A DNA stretch of 64,000 bases from Podarcis pityusensis (taxonomy: Eukaryota), in assembly GCA_964106645.2 (NCBI GenBank), contig OZ067043.1; one strand, given 5' to 3'. The notes beneath the pieces were generated by a model, which searched no databases, was not told the origin of the DNA, and was given only the letters and a program-made list of their open reading frames with translations. Position numbers and translations under genes: made by a program. Of the stretch, positions 51,394 through 63,859 are shown piece by piece (positions within the stretch are counted from its first letter, which is position 1; every line of letters starts with the position of its first letter).

Positions 51394-52666
51394 GGCTTAA
51401 CTATATGGATGCTTCTATGATGAAGCTATATTGAGTAGAGTATCGTAGAAACTGGTTTCCCATACTGTGTTCTGGGAAGCTCTTCCTTGTTCTTCAGTAG
51501 AATGGCTGATAAGTTTGCTCACCACTACAGACTGCTATCAGGGTGGGATGTAGGGCTCATGTTAATCCCCTTATTTACTAACTGCATGGCCAGGCTATTT
51601 GTTTCCTGTGTACAGTTAAGTGCTGTTTTTAACTTCTAAAGCCCTAAATGGTTTGGAGCCAGGCTATAATAAAGGCCACTATCTTCTGTATAATCCTGCC
51701 CAAGAACTGAGGTCTTTCACAGAGGCCCTTCTCACTGACCCTTCAACAATTTCAAAAAGTGATAGTCCTTGAGGGCCATTTCTGGGATGGCCACCACCTC
51801 TAAAATTCTGTCTCTCAGGCAACACTTAACTGCCTGTCTTTAGGAGGATAGTTTAAATAGAAAAGTTTTATCAGACATTTGTGCTCTTGCTTGGGCTGCT
51901 GTGAGTTTTACTGTTTTCTACTGGTTTTTAGTGCACACTGCTCTGATCTCACAAAGGAAGATGATGATACAAATTATGTAAAATAAATATTTTTTTCCAT
52001 TGCACTGTGCAGCTACAGGAGGCAGTTGTGTGTGTTCTAGAATGCACTCAGTTTTTCTCTGGCAGGGCTGGAACACCTGTGGCTCTCAAGGTTGACTGAG
52101 CTACAATTCGCATAACTCATTACCATTGGCCAAGCTGGCTGGGGCTGATGGGAGTTGATATCCAACATATAGAGGGACAGAGATTCAGTATCCTTCAGGT
52201 AGAGCAACAGTGAGGCCCAATCTGTGTGCCCTCACAAGGTAATTATGGCCCTAAAAATACAAGAGCCCTGCTGGATCAGACCAAAGGCATATTTAATCAA
52301 TTATTCTTCTCACAGTGGCCACCTAGATGCCTTTGGGGACCCTAGAATTTGTTTTAGCTTTTTATAACACTTAGAGTTGTTTTGGTAGATGAAGAAATGT
52401 GGTGGAAAATACCTCCAGTGTCATAAAGTTGTGAAACCAGTGGACTAGAAGAATGGGCTGTGAATGCTGTACAGAAAGAGCCTCTCATTTTGCCCACTCT
52501 GAGTTCATGAGCCAGATTGACTGACCGAGGAGAATGCAGTCATGTTTTAAATTGTTATTTTGATCTTAGCATGCATGTGCAAGATAAATGCCACTGACTG
52601 AGATCCAGGGGAACCATTTACATGCAAGCAACTCATTGGGCTTTTTTGTAGTTTTCGAGAGTTCTA

Positions 52667-52797
52667 TCCTCAGGCAATCCTCCCTGTCTCCAATACTACA
52701 CAGCCTCAAAAGCAGTCTTAAATTTGAACGCTTAATGCAAATTTAAGACTACTTTTGAGGCTGTGTAGTATTGGAGACAGGGAGGATTGCCTGAGGA
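52667..52797. repeat. Near-perfect inverted repeat (60-bp arms, 11-nt loop)
   Basis: 52667-52726 is the reverse complement of 52738-52797 at 59 of 60 positions. Confidence 0.95.
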
Positions 52798-52883
52798 AAG
52801 GTAAAGCTGTGCTTGCGAATTATTCCTGTTAAGTGTTACTAGACTGGTCCTGTGTCATTGATAAAACTTCAATTGCTTTACAG

Positions 52884-52993
52884 ATGATGTTGAATTTGAA
52901 GTATCTTCTGACCGGCGAACTGGAAAACCGATTGCTATTAAACTGGTGAAGATTAAAACAGAAACATTACCTGAAGAGCGAATAAATGGACAA
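52884..52993 (+). CDS. CSDE1: CSDE1 coding exon
   Basis: (D)DVEFEVSSDRRTGKPIAIKLVKIKTETLPEERINGQ; AG/GT boundaries. Confidence 0.95.
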
Positions 52994-53344
52994 GTTAGTG
53001 GCTATGATAAGCTTTTTCCATGCATGCGATTTGCATCTGCTGTGGTCAGACAAACAAGGGCAGAGTTGAGTGTAGCATGCCTCTCCTTGGTTGCATAGAA
53101 ATATTTTTCTCAAATTTAATTTTTTCCACTTGTTTTGGCAAGCGCGTAAAAATTGGGGTTTTACCTAACCAAGAACAATTCTTACAGTTGACAAAAGTAC
53201 TGTAAGATATAAGCTTTGCAGCATGGCATACTGTTGTGGGTTACCTGTAAAGTGCATCCCCAAGTGTATTATAGAAAACTAACAGTCTGATGCATAATGC
53301 TGCCTCTGGAAATAATTAGCAATGGATTTTTTTTTGACTGGTAG

Positions 53345-53437
53345 GTTGTGTGTGCTGTTCCTCACAACTTAGAGAGTAAGTCTCCAGCTGCCCCGGGTCA
53401 GAGTCCAACAGGGAGTGTATGCTACGAACGTAATGGG
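53345..53437 (+). CDS. CSDE1: CSDE1 93-nt frame-preserving exon (alternatively spliced in mammals)
   Basis: VVCAVPHNLESKSPAAPGQSPTGSVCYERNG; phase 0/0; weak donor GTAAAA. Confidence 0.95.
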
Positions 53438-53854
53438 GTAAAACTTATGTATTTACTTAAACTTTTTGACTGATCCTCCAATATGATTTAAACTAAAATA
53501 CTTGCCAGAGTAGACAGTGAAAAAACTGTACTTGCTTTAAAAAGTTAAAATTTAAATTGCTAAAAACTTATTTATTGAAATAGAAAACATCTGACTTCAT
53601 GTTTTGACTGTAATTATGAAATATTTTCACAACTTCAGTCTAGAATTATATGGCTAGTTAAAATGAAGCAGAAAAGTTAACTGTTTACTAAAGTCTTCAC
53701 TGTGACTATTTTTTAGTTTCATAAAATGCTAATAAAACGTCAGATATTCTGCACACTTCCCAAGTTCTGAAACGCAGAAGTTTAAACTAACCAGGACTTT
53801 ATAAATTTGTCTACTCATAGCAAAATATTAATGATACCAAATTTTAATTCACAG

Positions 53855-53952
53855 GAAGTGTTCTACTTAACTTATACCCCAGAAGATGTTGAAGGAAATG
53901 TACAGCTGGAAACCGGAGATAAAATTAACTTCATTATTGATACAAATAAACA
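53855..53952 (+). CDS. CSDE1: CSDE1 coding exon
   Basis: EVFYLTYTPEDVEGNVQLETGDKINFIIDTNK(H). Confidence 0.95.
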
Positions 53953-54427
53953 GTAAGTAGATACCTTGTCATGACTGAATCCATGTTGGCTCTAAGGTAG
54001 TAAAGTTCTCCAGAAACTAATGTTATTACTTGAGTTGAAGTATACTTCGCAAACTTTGCAAAGGCCATTCAGATCAAGTTTCTGAAGATGCTTTGTTCTT
54101 GAGTGGTTATTAAAATTGCTAGTCAGTTTGTCTTTTTCTTTCATCGACAAATGGATAATCTGCAGTACAGCTATCTAATAGGAAACTTGCTTTTTTTTTA
54201 GACCTAAATGTGAATGTGTACTTCAAGTAAAGAGATTGTAGCAGTGTGATGTTTTCATCTTAAAATATCTTGGTCATAACGAAAGGAGACTTATGTATTT
54301 CCAGTTTGTAGAATAGAATTTAGCACATTAAACATATAAGGTGACCCAGTATTGCACCAACTCATGTAACTCATCCCTCCTAGCCCGTCCCCGTCCCCCC
54401 CCCAAAATCTGCTCTGGTGGGATAAAC

Positions 54428-54665
54428 TAGGGTTTCCATATGTCTGGGAATTCCCGGACATGTCCTTTTTTGGGAGGAAATTTACATTTTAAAGCAGATG
54501 TCCTGGATTTGGGGTTTAATTTTGTGTGTGTGTGTGTGTGCGCGCGCGCATGCACGTGCTCAGACAACCTGGGCTTGGCGGCGGCAGCGGAGCTATCAGG
54601 CGATAGCCCTAAAAACATCAATTTTTTGTGTCCGAATTTTTACTTCTTGAAATATGGCAACCCTA
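54428..54665. mobile_element. hAT (Blackjack-like) MITE
   Basis: TIRs TAGGGTTTCCATAT...ATATGGCAACCCTA; flanked by the direct repeat GATAAAC. Confidence 0.8.
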
Positions 54666-54782
54666 GATAAACACAACTGGAGTCACTCATAGAATTTAAG
54701 AATCATTCTGTATTTGGCTGTATTGTGATAAGTCATTGAATTATATTTTCCTTGTGTGACCTTCATCTACTTTTTCCCATAG

Positions 54783-54864
54783 TACTGGTGCTGTAAGTGC
54801 TCGTAACATTATGCTTTTGAAAAAGAAACAGGCTCGGTGTCAAGGAGTAGTTTGTGCCATGAAG
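54783..54864 (+). CDS. CSDE1: CSDE1 coding exon
   Basis: TGAVSARNIMLLKKKQARCQGVVCAMK. Confidence 0.95.
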
Positions 54865-55225
54865 GTAAATTAACACTTAACTACTTTCTGTAATTTACTT
54901 GTACAGTTACGGAACCATGTAGGAGTGGAGGAGAAGGTGTATAGACTTATTCTAGTACTTTTGAGACAGAACTTCCATGTAAGGTTGCTTGGGAGTAAGT
55001 CTCATTGAACATTAGATCTTGCATCTGAGAGAGCAGGCATTAGATTGGGCTTTGTATAATTCACTCATTCCTCCTGTAAAAAGTTTTTATGTATGCACAT
55101 TTTTAGCTGTAGATCTTTCTTATAACTATTAGTCACCAAAAAAAAAGAAAAAATGTTTTTTTCCAGCTAGGTGGATATAGATCATGATAGCATCTTTTTG
55201 CTTAACAATCCTATTTTCTTCTTAG

Positions 55226-55354
55226 GAAGCCTTTGGATTCATTGAAAGAGGTGATGTTGTAAAGGAGATATTCTTTCACTATAGCGAATTTAAAGGTGAC
55301 CTAGAAGCCTTACAGCCTGGTGATGATGTGGAGTTCACAATCAAAGACAGAAAT
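55226..55354 (+). CDS. CSDE1: CSDE1 coding exon
   Basis: EAFGFIERGDVVKEIFFHYSEFKGDLEALQPGDDVEFTIKDRN (cold-shock FGFI/FFH motifs). Confidence 0.96.
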
Positions 55355-55512
55355 GTAAGACCAAATTTCTTAACTCCAACTTAAATTGTAAATGCATGAC
55401 ATTGCAGGATCTTCCTTAAATGTCTCCATTAGATTTGTATGTTGTTTGACCTATTGTTGGTCCTTGTAACTACTTAACCAGTTGACTATTTGGCTTAATT
55501 TTCTGCTTATAG

Positions 55513-55638
55513 GGTAAAGAAGTTGCAACTGATGTAAGACTTTTGCCTCAAGGAACTGTTATTTTTGAAGATATCAGCATTGAACACTTTGAGGGAACAG
55601 TAACCAAAGTAATTCCAAAAGTACCCAACAAAAATCAG
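55513..55638 (+). CDS. CSDE1: CSDE1 coding exon
   Basis: GKEVATDVRLLPQGTVIFEDISIEHFEGTVTKVIPKVPNKNQ. Confidence 0.95.
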
Positions 55639-55882
55639 GTAGAAAATGTCTTACATTATTGTGTACAGAAATTTATTTGTAAATGTTTATTTTAAAGTAC
55701 TTTGATAGTCTGTGACACTGAGCAAATTCAGTAACGGGAAACAAATTGGGTAAATCATTAATGAAAGAGGCATCCTTGGGTGCTACAATGGAAGATGGAA
55801 CTTGTTCAGCTCTCAGTTGATGTTTTAAAACTGTAAAATCCTGGAAAGCTCTAATATGGCCTTTCTTTTGTACTCTGATCAG

Positions 55883-56095
55883 AATGACCCATTACCTGGG
55901 CGTATAAAAGTAGACTTTGTGATTCCTAAAGAACTTCCATTTGGAGACAAAGATACAAAATCAAAGGTGACGCTGTTGGAAGGTGACCACGTTAGATTCA
56001 ACATTTCAACAGATCGGCGTGACAAATTGGAACGAGCCACTAATATTGAAGTTCTTCCCAATACTTTCCAACTCACTAATGAGGCTAGAGAAATG
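55883..56095 (+). CDS. CSDE1: CSDE1 coding exon
   Basis: NDPLPGRIKVDFVIPKELPFGDKDTKSKVTLLEGDHVRFNISTDRRDKLERATNIEVLPNTFQLTNEAREM. Confidence 0.96.
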
Positions 56096-57318
56096 GTAAG
56101 TAATTAAAATGCATGCCATGTCTACTTTCATAGGAGTATGTTCCATAGAACTCAGAATTACAGCACAATTCTATAGAGATCTACTCGGATGTAAGTGTTC
56201 TACACAGAGAAATAGGATATAATTACTGTTGTCTCATTTAGCACTGCTGGTACTGTAGAATGATGCTAGATTTATGTAGCAATGAACACTGAAATAGTCC
56301 TGAGAAGTTGTCTGAATCTTCAGCATGTTGCATTTCTCTTGGCTACGTGAGGAATTATTTTCCAAGGAAGCCTTTGATAGAAGATGCGGCGAGCTGCAGT
56401 TTTACAGAATTCTAACTTTAGTTCTATATGTCTATATACATACTATAAATACATTTCTATGTGCACAATAGAACATCCTCATTCTCTGCTGTCCCCTCCT
56501 GCCCTTGTGCACCCTCAGATTCCCAACCTCTGGGTGGTTGGGAAACCCCCTGGAGCAGATTTGGGGGGTGGGGTCCTGGTGGTGGAGAGGAAATGGAAGT
56601 CATTTATTTTTTAGATAAGTGACCAAGAAATATAATAATAAGCATGACAATGGGAGGGCATTCCAGTGCTGAATTGCTCCCATGGAGAAGGGAGTACATG
56701 AAGCTTGCATTTGTAAAATAGAAAATTTTCTGATTTACAAAACCCATTTTAAAGGAAATGTGTAGCAGGAATTGCATTGAAATCCTTCTGTTGCCTCTTT
56801 CCACTTTATCTCAGTTTTCTGAAAGTTTTGCATCTTAAAAACTGATGTTAAAATTCAGAGAGCAATTTGAGCTTAACCTCAAAGGCTTGCAAGTTCAGAG
56901 CCATGTTGGGACTTGTACAGCTAGTTGCACAATGTTTTGAATCCTCCATCTGAGAATACAGTTATTTTCAATGAATAATGCCTCACAGTTTTTTCCACTC
57001 TGAGGAATTAGAGTGAGAAAAGGAAGAAAAAGCTTTGTGGGAAGGAAACAGTTCACTGAGATATTGTCTGCTTGCTCTGGATTTGTCTTAGAGTTTTCCT
57101 AAAAACTACCATTTATCTGAGTCAATAAGCTTTTTATGCTCTTCCATTGTAGGGTTTTTCTGGCCAGGAGAGGGGGGAGTGCTGGGCACAATTACTGCCA
57201 TAGACGTGTCATTATTTTATAACATTTATTTTTCGCTTGGTTCACATGTGGCTTGAGTTCTCTCATTGACTTATTAGGCTGATGACTGTTTTTTAAGGCA
57301 TGGAGAGAATGCCTAGAG

Positions 57319-57517
57319 GTGGGGGTAGGCAACCTAAGGTCCAGGGGCCGGATGCAGCTCAATCAGCTTCTCAATCCAGCCCGCGGATGGTCCAGGAATC
57401 AGCGTGTTTTTACATGAGTAGAATGTGTGCTTTTATTTAAAATGCATCTCTGGGCTATTTGTGGGGCATATGAATTCGTTCATCCCCCCCCCCATAGATT
57501 AGATAGATTAGATAGAT

Positions 57518-57552
<35 letters not shown>

Positions 57553-57619
57553 TCTGGCCCCCCACATGGTCTGAGGGACAGTGGACCAGCCCACGGCTGA
57601 AAAAGGTTGCTGACCCCTG
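57319..57619. mobile_element. hAT (Charlie-like) non-autonomous element containing a (GATA)n tract
   Basis: Exact 8-bp TSD GCCTAGAG at 57311-57318 and 57620-57627; ends GGGGTAGGCAACCT...AGGTTGCTGACCCCTG. Confidence 0.82.
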
Positions 57620-57677
57620 GCCTAGAGCATTGTGGACTAGATGGTATTCTGTTGTACCTGACAGATATCCTCTAAGG

Positions 57678-57801
57678 CAGGGTTTCCCAAACTGTGTTTG
57701 GACTACAGTTCCTATCATCCCTGACCACTGGTCCTGCTAGCCTAGGGATGATGGGAGTTGTAGTCTGAAAACAGCTGGAGACCCAAGTTTGGGAGTCCCT
57801 T
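57678..57801. mobile_element. hAT MITE related to the 11501/13997 family
   Basis: Exact 8-bp TSD CTCTAAGG; shared core CATCCCTGACCACTGGTCCTGCTAGC..AGGGAT.ATGGGAGTTGTAG. Confidence 0.85.
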
Positions 57802-57827
57802 CTCTAAGGATTCTTCATCAGCTATAG

Positions 57828-58064
<237 letters not shown>

Positions 58065-58169
58065 TGACTTACTATGCTTCATTATTATCTTTCATCTAAT
58101 AAGATCTCAAGATTGCTTACTGTACTAATTAAAGCAGAGATAAAACTAATAATGAAAACAGCCAAATAA

Positions 58170-58472
<303 letters not shown>

Positions 58473-59217
58473 TAGACAAGGAATATATTTATAAACATTC
58501 TCTGGCTGAAGATAACGGTTTCCGTACTTTTATATTTCATGTGTCCTTTGAGATGGATAAACACACATATTGCAACAAGATAATGGAAGTTTAAAAGCTG
58601 GTCTTGCAAGTGTGTCTAAACTTGATTTACTTAGTGTGGTTGCAAGGTTTGGGTTTCCTATAAGCATAATGTAGATTCTTTTTGGTTGTAGAAATAAACA
58701 TAGGTGCTGAATCTTAGGAGCATCTCTCTGCTATGAACTTACTCTTATACCAAGTATCTAGTTGAAACATACCTGTTGCATTAATCTTCCTCATTGCTAA
58801 AATAGTTTAGGGCTTTTAATTAAATCCTGATTACACTAATGCTGGCAAGATCTCTGTTCAGTGGAAACTAGGTAATATATATTTCAGAAACTGGTCATGA
58901 GTTACCTAATTGATACTACTTTCCTGTATAATCCCAAGTAGAAAAATATAGGATAGGCTTTCTTGACGTTCCAACAGTGATTGGTTATACATCATGTTTA
59001 AAAATGAGGCGTTTCCCTGTATGAATACATCTGTGTCAAAACTAGTGAATTTCATGATTACAAAACTTAGTATATTTTCTGCCACTGAATACCTATGTTC
59101 ACACTACCAGTTCACATTTGTATTGACTGTCAGGCTGTGGTCTATTGGAAAAAAATTAAATTCCTTCAGTTTTGATCCTTTTGTATTTTATTTCCTTCCC
59201 CGCTGCCCCACTTTTAG

Positions 59218-59325
59218 GAAGCTGAAGAGGGAATAATTGCTTATGATGATTGTGGGGAGAAGCTGACCATTCCCTATCAGGCTAAGGATGTGGAAGGATC
59301 TACTTCTCCTCAGATAGGAGATAAG
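59218..59325 (+). CDS. CSDE1: CSDE1 coding exon
   Basis: EAEEGIIAYDDCGEKLTIPYQAKDVEGSTSPQIGDK. Confidence 0.95.
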
Positions 59326-59927
59326 GTAATATGCATACTGTTTTTAAAAATGTAAGAATGCCCATGATTGGGTAAAATACTTCTAGAGATCCTTCTTGGT
59401 TTTTCAGTTTTCACTATCTGTGTTGATTTGTAATTATTACCTTGTTACCTTCTTAATATTATTAGGGTATACTGAGAACTGGTGCATAGTTGTGGCCTCT
59501 CTTCAGAAATTGAGAACCATTCAGGCTGTGAACCTTACACCAACATCTTGTGTCCCTGGATTAAGATTTGTTTAAGGCTGCTTTTGTGTAATATATTTTT
59601 TAAAAAATAAGATCTCAACAAAAAACAATGGTGTCACTGTGAAAGACTGTTGTGAATTAGTATGTGAATCCCTTCTCTTGTTTGGCTACAAAATGAGACT
59701 GCTGACGTTCAACTTTAAATGGCATAATAAGAGAGTACTGACTTCAACCCTTGAGAATTGAATAGCCTCAGTGAGGGGATTTTCAAAAGCGAGCTAATAC
59801 TACCATAAGTTGTTTTCACTGCTGAGAAAAAGCAAAATGTCCCATTAGATTACTTCCAGAAGTGCATGTGATCTTCCCAATCCTTCTAGAAGGCATTTTA
59901 TTTTGTCTGATATCTTTTCCCAAATAG

Positions 59928-60103
59928 GTTGAGTTTACAGTCTGTGAAGTGAAGAGAACTGGGTTGCAAACAGCTACATCTGTAAGAATGCTTGGTAGAA
60001 ACTACAGTTCAAAAAGGCTTTTAGGATATGTGGCAACTCTAAAGGATAACTTTGGATTTATTGAAACAGCCAATCACGATAAGGAGATTTTCTTCCATTA
60101 CAG
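59928..60103 (+). CDS. CSDE1: CSDE1 coding exon ending at a GC donor
   Basis: VEFTVCEVKRTGLQTATSVRMLGRNYSSKRLLGYVATLKDNFGFIETANHDKEIFFHY(S); CAG|GCAAGT. Confidence 0.93.
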
Positions 60104-60891
60104 GCAAGTTGATTAGTCTAAGAGTTTGTTGCACATTAAATCAGGTATGGTACAGGCCAGATGAAGCAGCTTCTATATGGTCCATACAGCAGCACACAGG
60201 AGTCTCCACATCACCACTGACTGTTACTTTAGACTACTAACAGTAATGTGGAGGTGCTCTGTATATTGGAAGGGGGTCCATGTGGTCAGCTCTTGCATCA
60301 TGATGTCATGTGCTGCAGTCCCCATATGGAAACCGTTGCCATCTCATTTAAGTGTGCTCCAGTGGTTCTGAAAAGTGGGAACCTCCTTTGGTGTACATAG
60401 AACCTCTGGAAGGAGGATGAAAATTTCCAGTGAGGGCACAGAATTCTGAGACAGGTGGAGTCTTCCTTCACCAGCCATAACAATTGGTTGAGTTGAATGC
60501 CTGCTAGCAGAAGATACACATTGACTCATAATTGGACTTCTGACTGTAACTACTGCTCCCCAAACAGGTTTAGGATGATGTGGCAGAAGCTTTGTTCCAC
60601 TTGTATAATGCCAGTGCTGGATTAGTGTCTGGATCCCCAGATCTTTGCACACAGTAGCAAGCAAGAGTCCCTGTGCATCCTGCTGTGGAACAGATGGTTA
60701 ATACTGAGTTGGTTGGTTTGCAGGGTAGAATAGCATGCTTTGTCTGCTCCCCGCAGACTGCATGTTAACCTTAATGTGAAAAAATCTTCCTATAATCCTA
60801 AAAAAGTGGAACATGAGTGCTCTATGCAGCAGGGATGGAGAATCTCAGGCCTAGGTGCCCTGCAAGCCTCTGTCTGGCTCATGCTGTACAG

Positions 60892-61179
60892 CAGGGACGT
60901 CCAGCTCCCAAGAAACAGCGATCTACTCCTAGAAAAATAAACTGGCAGTGATCTGCCGTTGGGCGGGGAGTTCAGAGTTGTTGAGTGTTTATAATTAAAA
61001 TGAATCGCTCACCAACAACACAGCCGCTAACAGAAGAACACACACTAAACACAACGCAGGGAGAGACCATGGGGGGGGGGGAGACGTGATTCTAAACGTG
61101 AGCGATAAGGATCCCACGATCGACCACCATCACCCGGGGATCGACCTGTCGGTCACGATCCACCGGTTGGACACCCCTG
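60892..61179. mobile_element. hAT non-autonomous element
   Basis: Ends CAGGGACGTCCAGC...GGTTGGACACCCCTG; TSD CTGTACAG/CTATACAG (7 of 8); CpG-rich interior. Confidence 0.75.
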
Positions 61180-61199
61180 CTATACAGCAACAGACACAC

Positions 61200-61363
61200 T
61201 CATTGGTATACTGCTGCACCAGAAGCGGTTTAGTCATGCTGGCCGCATGATGCAAGATGAGCGCCACACCCCATAGTCGCCTTTGACTGGACATAACTGT
61301 CCAGAGGTCCTTTACCCTTTGACTGGACTTAACTGTCCAGAGGTCCTTTACCTTTTACCTTTA
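61200..61363 (+). mobile_element. Sauria SINE-like 3' fragment
   Basis: GCTGCACCAGAAGCGGTTTAGTCATGCTGGCC...GACTGGACTTAACTGTCCAGAGGTCC with an (ACCTTT)n tail; the terminal ~36 bp is tandemly duplicated. Confidence 0.7.
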
Positions 61364-61448
61364 CAAAGCTTATCAAAAGTATTATTCCAGTGTATCTGTG
61401 TATCAAGTTAAAGACCTTTCAGTCACTGGCAATAGCAAAATAGATATA

Positions 61449-61673
61449 CAGTGGTACCTCGAGTTACAAACGTCTCAGGTTACAAACTCCGCTAACCTGG
61501 AAGAGTTACCTCAAGTTGAGAACTTTGCCCCAGGGTGAGAATGGAAATCATGTGCTGGCGGCGCAGCAGCTGCAAGAGGCCCCATTAGTGAAAGCACGCC
61601 TCTAGTTAAGAACAGTTTCAGGTTAAGAATGGACCTCCAGAACAAATTCAGTTCGTAACTAGAGGTACCACTG
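61449..61673. mobile_element. Tc1/mariner (Tigger-like) MITE
   Basis: TA|CAGTGGTACCTCGAGTTAC...GTAACTAGAGGTACCACTG|TA. Confidence 0.88.
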
Positions 61674-62159
61674 TAGCTTTGATATATTGCTCTCTAAACT
61701 GGACTACAACTCCCATTGTCTCTGACTAGTAGTTGTGCTTAGTTAGGCTAATGTGAGTTGTACAGCATATGCTGAGGGCATAGGTTTTTTGCTCCTATAC
61801 TAGTGACATAAACATCCCCAATTTATATATGCTGCATATTCACACTTTATAAGCTTATTCTGATTTACACAAATAATGGCTGATGTAAAAAATACTCATG
61901 GAAGATCCATTTGTAATGTTATTGATAGTGGCATGCTATGGGTGTTGCATAGGGCTCTTATATAAAGTAAACATTTGGCTTCCTATTAATAAATGAGGTC
62001 TTCTACATGATATGCAGCCTGCTGCACTGAACGCTTGAAAAGAAATTAGATTCTCAAGATCATCCCATTTGAATTGGTTTGCTAAAAATGTAAATTTGTT
62101 GGGATGGCATTCTTGGTTACATTTATGCATACTCAAGATTTCTTTATAATTGTTTGCAG

Positions 62160-62272
62160 TGAATTCTGTGGTGATATCGATAGCCTGGAACTTGGCGATA
62201 TGGTTGAATACAGCTTATCAAAAGGCAAAGGAAACAAAGTCAGTGCAGAGAAAGTGAACAAGACACATGCAG
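62160..62272 (+). CDS. CSDE1: CSDE1 coding exon
   Basis: EFCGDIDSLELGDMVEYSLSKGKGNKVSAEKVNKTHA. Confidence 0.95.
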
Positions 62273-63550
62273 GTAAAGCTGTTTTTAAATTTCTTTTAAA
62301 GCCAAATATTGGTCCTCAAATGGTATGTACTTGGTGCTGACAATTTTGTGGATGCCTGCTTGTTGCATTTATCCCAGGTTTGAAAAACAGGAACTTAATT
62401 CCAGCCTCGGACTGTTCCACTGTAATGGTTTATTATCCAAAACTAGAAGTGAGAATTAGATCTGTCTTGGTTTCCTGAGGGCAATTCTTGCTTAGAAACA
62501 AGGCTAATTACAAACCTGTTCTATTAGTGTTTTGGATTAGATAAAACTAACACATATATGACATGAAAAGCAGGACAAAGGGGACAAATAAGTTGACAGC
62601 AACTGCTGCAACTTCTACTGCTGCAACTGTGAAAGCAGTGAAAAGCTTGCATTTTAAAGCGTAGCCTTCTTGCTTGGGAACCCCACAAAGGATTTTGTCA
62701 AGTGTGGAGTACAAATCAATCAATCATGATATCATAATGATGTGTGATTGGCAGATGGCTGGCTCCATGTACCTGTCATATTTGGTCTGTGAGGTTGATC
62801 CTGATCAGGCTCTAGCCCATGAAACCCAAAAGGTTCCTCACCCTTGCTATAAAGTGTTGTTTGGCTCTGTATTCCTATATGGTATTTTGACTGAAGCGTG
62901 GGAACCTTACTCTCTTCATATGAGTTGCAGATTCTGATATAAAATATTTCGGAACACTGTATTGGAAACTGAATAGCAAGGATACAGAACTAAAAAACTT
63001 TACCCTATAATTGCCACAAATTGGAGAATTGCACTACTCAATATTGGGAAACAGTGCAGTAGAAAAATTGACAGTGTAGCTACCCAGTGAGCTTATTTAA
63101 ACTTCTGTGCTAGAGATGTAGTGTTACATCTTAGAATGTATGTGGGGAGTTGCACATTGGAATGTGATTCCCTCAGGTTCCATATACAAGGAAAACGTGA
63201 AGTGCATAGCTAGGTGTACTTTGTGCCCTTCCCAGACATATGAAGAAAAGCCAATACTGACAGTATGTGGATGAATTACTGTTTTCAGAATTATCAGAGA
63301 CTTTCCCATGACATCTAGTGATGTACTACTGTGTTTCCAGATAGCAAATATTAGGAAAAAAATATTAAGGGCTAGCTTTCTACCTAGATTCCATTTCCCC
63401 CCCTGCATTTTGCAAACCTGCCGCTTTTAGATTTCCATACCTTTAGCCATGGTACGACAGGTTTTACTTGATACAGGGTGACTCTGCTAAGCTCCATAAA
63501 GTTCTTTGGGAAAGATGGCCACTTGTAATGCGGATGACCTTGTTTTATAG

Positions 63551-63670
63551 TGAATGGCATCACAGATGAGGCTGATCCAGCTGTTTACACGGGTAAAGTA
63601 ATTCGTCCTCTCAGGAGTGTAGATCCCACCCAGACTGAATACCAGGGAATGATTGAAGTCATGGAAGATG
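63551..63670 (+). CDS. CSDE1: CSDE1 coding exon
   Basis: (V)NGITDEADPAVYTGKVIRPLRSVDPTQTEYQGMIEVMED. Confidence 0.95.
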
Positions 63671-63859
63671 GTGAGTAGTGTGCCTTTCCAGTATTGGTTG
63701 ATCTAATTCCATAGTTGGTTGGGTACCCTAATGAATCTTTCTAGGAAAGTTGGTTGAAGTGAGACTTGCATGTTACAATGTGATGTCTAAATGACATGGA
63801 AGCTGCTGCTTGAGAATTCTTAACCATGACACGTCTTTGTGTTATGCTTGCTTCTCCAG

